DNA of 40,000 bases from an uncultured Planctomycetota bacterium (GTDB lineage Bacteria > Planctomycetota > Planctomycetia > Pirellulales > Lacipirellulaceae): assembly GCA_963719315.1 (NCBI GenBank), contig CAVRBU010000002.1, positions 1,526,433 through 1,566,432 of the forward strand, written 5' to 3'. Below the pieces are notes generated by a model. It had not been told where the DNA came from. It worked only from the letters and a program-made list of their open reading frames with translations, and ran no database searches. Below are positions 35,922 to 40,000 of this stretch, one piece after another; positions within the stretch are counted from its first letter, which is position 1; every line of letters begins with the position of its first letter. The translations under genes were made by a program, and so were the position numbers.

Positions 35922-38900
35922 ATGGACTTCAAATCCCTCCCCGCCCAATACGATCACGCCGCCGCGCAGGCCAAGTGGTACTCCTTCTGGGAAGACCTTG
36001 GGTACTTCCACGCCAGTGCCGATCCGAACGATGAACGACCCGTCTACACAATCGTCATCCCGCCGCCGAATGTGACCGGCGCCCTCCACCTCGGCCACGC
36101 CCTCAACAACACGCTGCAAGACATCCTGATCCGTATGAAGCGAATGCAGGGCTTCAACACGCTCTGGATGCCCGGCACCGACCACGCCGGCATCGCTACG
36201 CAAGCCGTTGTCGAGCGGCGGCTGTTCGAGGAAGAAAAGAAAACTCGCCACGATCTCGGCCGCGAAGGCCTAGTGAAACGCATCTGGGATTGGAAAGACA
36301 AATACGAAGCACGCATCCTCGGCCAACTCCGCCAGCTCGGCTGCAGTTGCGACTGGGCACGCACGCGGTTCACGTTCGACGAGCAGAATTCACGAGCGGT
36401 CCGCGAATGGTTTTTCCGCTTGTTCCAAGACGGCAAAATCTACCGCGGCAAACGCCTCGTCAACTGGGACACGTTCCTGCAAACCGCCGTCAGCGATGAC
36501 GAAGTCTTTCACGAACCAACGAAGGGCCAATTCTGGCACTTCAAATACCCGGTCGTGGACCCGCAACCCGGCGAGCCGACGCACGTCACGATTGCCACGA
36601 CGCGCCCCGAAACCATGCTCGGCGACACCGCCGTTGCCGTTCACCCCGATCCGGAAAAGGCGCTCGACAAAGCCGGCGCCGCGCTCCGCGAAAAACTCTA
36701 CAGTGCTCCCGCCAAAGATAAGGCCGACATCGAAGCCCAAGTCGAAGTCCTTGGCGTCCGCCGCCAGGCGGTCCTCCCTGCACTAATCCAATTGCGGAAC
36801 ATGGCAAAGTCCGGCCGCATGCTCGAACTCCCCCTCACCGGACGCACGATCCCCCTCATCACCGACGAATGGGCCAAGCCCGAACTCGGCTCCGGCTGCG
36901 TGAAGATCACGCCCGCCCACGACGCCAACGATTACGACGTTTGGCAACGCCACCCCGAAATCGGCCTGCAAAATATCCTCAACAAAGACGGCACGCTCAA
37001 CGACAGTGTGCCCGAAAAATACCGCGGCCTCACCATGAAGAAGGCCCGCGAAGCCGTAGTCGCCGACATGGAAGCGCTCGGCAACCTAGTCGAAGTCGAA
37101 GTCCGCGAAATCGACCTCGCCCACTCCGACCGCAGCAAAACGCCCATCGAGCCCTACCTCGCCGACCAATGGTTTATGAAGATGGGCGACGACCTCCCTC
37201 TCCCTCCAGGAGAGGGCCGGGGTGAGGGTGCCTTGGAAAGACCTTCCGGCAAACTCGGCCTCTCCCAACTCGCGATGGACGCCGTCATCGACGGCCGCGT
37301 GAAAATCCTGCCCGAACGCTACGCCAAAGGCTACCTCGACTGGCTCAGCGAAAAACGCGACTGGCCAATTGGCCGGCAACTCTGGTGGGGACATCAAATA
37401 CCAGTTTGGACAATGGCTTGTGCCAGCGGAGATCATACTCCAAAACCACTTTCGCATGCGGAAATTGGCAGATGGTCGAAGGAAGAGGTCAAACTGGGAA
37501 AAATCATTGACGAAGGAAAGAAGTCAGGATTGGTTGCAACGAAGCTCGATGGCGATCTTTATATTTGTCTACGACATGAGAACGAAAATGTCGAACGACA
37601 ACTAAACTCGATAAGTTTGATCAAGCGCGAGAGCGACGTCCTCGACACTTGGTTCTCCTCCGCTCTCTGGCCGCAATCCACGCTCGGCTGGCCGGACGAA
37701 ACGCCTGAGCTCAAAAAATTCTATCCCACGAGCGCGCTCATTACGAGCCGCGAGATCATCACGCTGTGGGTCGCCCGGATGGTGCTGGCCGGCATCTACA
37801 ACCGCGGCGAGGTGCCGTTCCACGAAGTCTACATCACACCGAAAATCCTCGACGGCTACGGCGAAACGATGTCGAAGTCGAAAGGCAACGGCGTCGACCC
37901 GCTCGATGTGATCGACAAGTTCGGCGCCGACGCCCTGCGCTTCGGCGTTGCCCATCTCACGACCGAGACACAGGACGTGCGGGTGCCGGTCGAATTCGAG
38001 TGCCCCCACTGCCACGCGCTCTTCCCGCAAACGAAAAAGAACCGCCAACAGCCGCGGATCGAATGCGAAAAATGCGGCCAACCCTTCAGCACCCAATGGG
38101 CCGAGAAGCCCGAAGACAAAGCCCTCCCGCGCGGCGCGGTCGTCAGCGAGCGCTTCGAACTGGGCCGCAACTTCGCCAACAAACTCTGGAACGCCGCCCG
38201 CTTTTCATTGATCAACCTTGAGGGCCATAAAGCCGCGACCGCTGGTCGCGGTGAACCCGGAACAGATGATCTATTGCTCGAAGACCGTTGGCTCCTCTCC
38301 CGTCTCTCCACCGTCACCCATGATGTTACGAAGGCCCTCGAGCACTACCACTACGCCGACGCCGCGAGAGTGCTATACGACTTCGCCTGGAACGAATTCT
38401 GCAGTTTCTACGTGGAAATGACAAAAGCACGTTTTGCAGTACCAGAACAGCGTCAATCTGCCCAGCGCGTATTAGCTCATGCGCTCGACGTGCTCATGCG
38501 TCTCCTGCACCCGATGATGCCGTTCCTTACAGAAGAAGTATGGCAGTTGCTCGCGGAAGTTGTGCCCGAGCGCGGAATATCTAAACTACGAGCCGCAGAG
38601 CCGAGCGTTTGCATCGCCGCGTGGCCTGTTGTTGAATCCAAGCATTTGGATGGAACAATTGAAGAACAATTCGCCGATTTCCAAGCTGTCCTCGGCGCCG
38701 TCCGGGAAGCCCGACAGCGGCAGAACATCCCGTTCAAAGAAGAACTCAACTTCACGGTCCGCTGCGACGGGACCACTGCAAAACTGCTTGAGCCCATGCA
38801 GCCCTATTTCGCACAAATGGCCCATGCAATCGCCACGCAAGTCGGCCCCGCGGCCGAACCGCAGGGCGTGTCCATCAGCTTCCCCCTCACCAGCCGGCAC

Positions 38901-39140
38901 GGCCCCATCGAAGTCCACGTCGACGTGAGCCGCTTTATCGACGTCACAGTTGAGCGCAAACGCCTCGAAAAAGACCGTGACAACCTCACGAAGCAAATCG
39001 CCTCGATCGACGCCAAGCTCGCCAACAAAGGCTTCGTCGATAAAGCTCCGCCCGAAGTCGTCCAGCAACAACACGTCAAGCTGGAAGAGCTACGAGGCCA
39101 ACTCACGTCCATCGAAGCCGCGCTGAAGAAACTCGGCTAA
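35922..39140 (+). CDS. valS: Valine--tRNA ligase
   Basis: PPPNVTGALHLGHA (HIGH), KMSKSKGN, editing domain, C-terminal coiled coil. 1072 aa. The ATG lies 1 nt after the vapC stop. Confidence 0.96.
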   Translation: MDFKSLPAQYDHAAAQAKWYSFWEDLGYFHASADPNDERPVYTIVIPPPNVTGALHLGHALNNTLQDILIRMKRMQGFNTLWMPGTDHAGIATQAVVERRLFEEEKKTRHDLGREGLVKRIWDWKDKYEARILGQLRQLGCSCDWARTRFTFDEQNSRAVREWFFRLFQDGKIYRGKRLVNWDTFLQTAVSDDEVFHEPTKGQFWHFKYPVVDPQPGEPTHVTIATTRPETMLGDTAVAVHPDPEKALDKAGAALREKLYSAPAKDKADIEAQVEVLGVRRQAVLPALIQLRNMAKSGRMLELPLTGRTIPLITDEWAKPELGSGCVKITPAHDANDYDVWQRHPEIGLQNILNKDGTLNDSVPEKYRGLTMKKAREAVVADMEALGNLVEVEVREIDLAHSDRSKTPIEPYLADQWFMKMGDDLPLPPGEGRGEGALERPSGKLGLSQLAMDAVIDGRVKILPERYAKGYLDWLSEKRDWPIGRQLWWGHQIPVWTMACASGDHTPKPLSHAEIGRWSKEEVKLGKIIDEGKKSGLVATKLDGDLYICLRHENENVERQLNSISLIKRESDVLDTWFSSALWPQSTLGWPDETPELKKFYPTSALITSREIITLWVARMVLAGIYNRGEVPFHEVYITPKILDGYGETMSKSKGNGVDPLDVIDKFGADALRFGVAHLTTETQDVRVPVEFECPHCHALFPQTKKNRQQPRIECEKCGQPFSTQWAEKPEDKALPRGAVVSERFELGRNFANKLWNAARFSLINLEGHKAATAGRGEPGTDDLLLEDRWLLSRLSTVTHDVTKALEHYHYADAARVLYDFAWNEFCSFYVEMTKARFAVPEQRQSAQRVLAHALDVLMRLLHPMMPFLTEEVWQLLAEVVPERGISKLRAAEPSVCIAAWPVVESKHLDGTIEEQFADFQAVLGAVREARQRQNIPFKEELNFTVRCDGTTAKLLEPMQPYFAQMAHAIATQVGPAAEPQGVSISFPLTSRHGPIEVHVDVSRFIDVTVERKRLEKDRDNLTKQIASIDAKLANKGFVDKAPPEVVQQQHVKLEELRGQLTSIEAALKKLG

Positions 39141-39143
39141 ACC

Positions 39144-39224
39144 GCGTAGGGTGTGTCGAGTCTTCGAGACACACCACTTTATGCGCCTACCTTGGTGGGA
39201 CTCGCCGACTCGACCCACCCTACG
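39144..39224. repeat. 18-bp inverted repeats (17/18) enclosing an inner hairpin, directly after valS
   Basis: cgtagggtgtgtcgagtc (39144-61) and gactcgacccaccctacg (39207-24). Inner stem ggtgtgtc/gacacacc (39149-74). Confidence 0.8.
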
Positions 39225-39285
39225 GCTTCTCGCTATAATGCAAGTGTGAGGTCAATCTTTCGGATTGAATAAAGGATTCGCCGCC

Positions 39286-39696
39286 ATGCCCGTCGCGATG
39301 GAATTGTCTCGAATTATCATCAGCGAAATCAACGAATCGCAGGTGATTTTCTTGAAGGAGATCGACGGTCCGCGGACGTTTCCGATCCTGATCGGCATCT
39401 TCGAGGCCACGAGCATCGACCGCCGCGTGAAAGGCGTCGAGACGCCGCGGCCGCTCACGCACGATCTGTTGGTCAACGCGGTGGAATCGATCGGCGGCGA
39501 ATTTCAGGACGTTGTCATTAGCGAGCTCCGCGAGCACACGTACTTCGCCAAGCTCCGCGTGCGGCACGAGGGCGAGCTCGTGGAAATCGACGCCCGCCCC
39601 AGCGACGCCATCGCGGTCGCCGTCACCTGCGACCCGCAGCTCCCGATCTTCGTGTCGGAAGACGTGCTGAACGACCTAATGGGCGAACAGCAGTAG
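39286..39696 (+). CDS. Bifunctional nuclease (BFN/DUF151) family protein
   Basis: FPILIGIFEATSI, RPLTHDL, ARPSDAIAVAV motifs. ATG 39286 is preferred over TTG 39265. Confidence 0.85.
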   Translation: MPVAMELSRIIISEINESQVIFLKEIDGPRTFPILIGIFEATSIDRRVKGVETPRPLTHDLLVNAVESIGGEFQDVVISELREHTYFAKLRVRHEGELVEIDARPSDAIAVAVTCDPQLPIFVSEDVLNDLMGEQQ

Positions 39697-39698
39697 TT

Positions 39699-39729
39699 GG
39701 GGACAGGGGACGGGATACGGGGGGTAGGG
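39699..39729 (+). other. G-quadruplex-forming motif
   Basis: G-runs of 4, 4, 3, 5 and 4 nt separated by 2-4 nt loops (ggggacaggggacgggatacgggggtagggg). It starts 3 nt after the stop codon in a 50-nt convergent gap. Confidence 0.6.
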
Positions 39730-39746
39730 GTGTTCGATCCCCATTT

Positions 39747-40000
39747 GCTAACGATCGCGAAAGACTTTACGTCGTAGCGATGCTTGAAGTCCTCGGAGCA
39801 TGCGCCGCTCGTGTTGCATCGATTCGAGTAATTGGTTGGCGATTGGTTGATCGATGAACGCGAGGCGTTCCGCGAGTTCGATAAACGTAGTCACTTCCGC
39901 GAGCGAACCAATCGCGATAGACAAGTGCCGAAGAAAATCTTTGGTAGACGACCGAGCATGCCCTTCGGCAATGTTGGCAGGAATTGACGCCGCTGCACGA
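39747..40000 (-). pseudogene. Four-helix-bundle protein (23S rRNA-intervening-sequence protein family), partial at window edge, with an extra G in a G4 run at 39959-39962
   Basis: The downstream frame reads GHARSSTKDFLRHLSIAIGSLAEVTTFIELAERL...* . The upstream family motif RAAASIPANIAEG is in the other frame, and the two meet at gaagggg|cat. Confidence 0.75.

Noticed and set aside
39719-39742. GGGGTGTTCGATCCCC as a tRNA T arm
   Set aside because: The loop length is wrong (8 nt) and no cloverleaf can be built from the G-rich upstream sequence.

Overview
GC-rich chromosomal window whose gene families point to Planctomycetota, probably Pirellulales-like. The families are DUF1549/DUF1553+DUF1501, DUF1592-type+DUF1552, DUF1559 pseudopilin-like, DUF1598-like and H4MPT cyclohydrolase Mch; all names come from motif reading, not a database search. 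Housekeeping genes are nrdR, truB, ftsK, serS, clpS, mtaB, gap, cimA, valS and one tRNA-Ala(CGC). Accessory content is two PIN-toxin TA modules, an MmeI-family (type IIL) restriction-modification gene cut by an in-frame TAA, and a secreted repeat protein that is about one third cysteine. Main observations: (1) the cysteine-rich CCEPSC/CEQSC repeat protein at 14804-15324 has no characterised bacterial counterpart that I know of. (2) Structured palindromic elements occupy several intergenic regions: a 245-bp nested dyad at 14357-14601 with compensatory hairpin changes, a 122-bp MITE-like element at 22432-22553 with 17-bp TIRs and an 8-bp target-site duplication, and smaller REP-like hairpins. 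(3) A 54-nt duplicate of the tRNA-Ala 3' half brackets a single VOC gene. (4) An intrinsic terminator with no gene to terminate sits in a 600-bp low-GC divergent region. (5) Six frameshifts and two in-frame stops occur in 40 kb, mostly in GCGC-type or homopolymer tracts. This looks more like assembly indel error than biology and must be resolved before any pseudogene claim is trusted. No CRISPR array, rRNA, transposase or integrase gene was seen.
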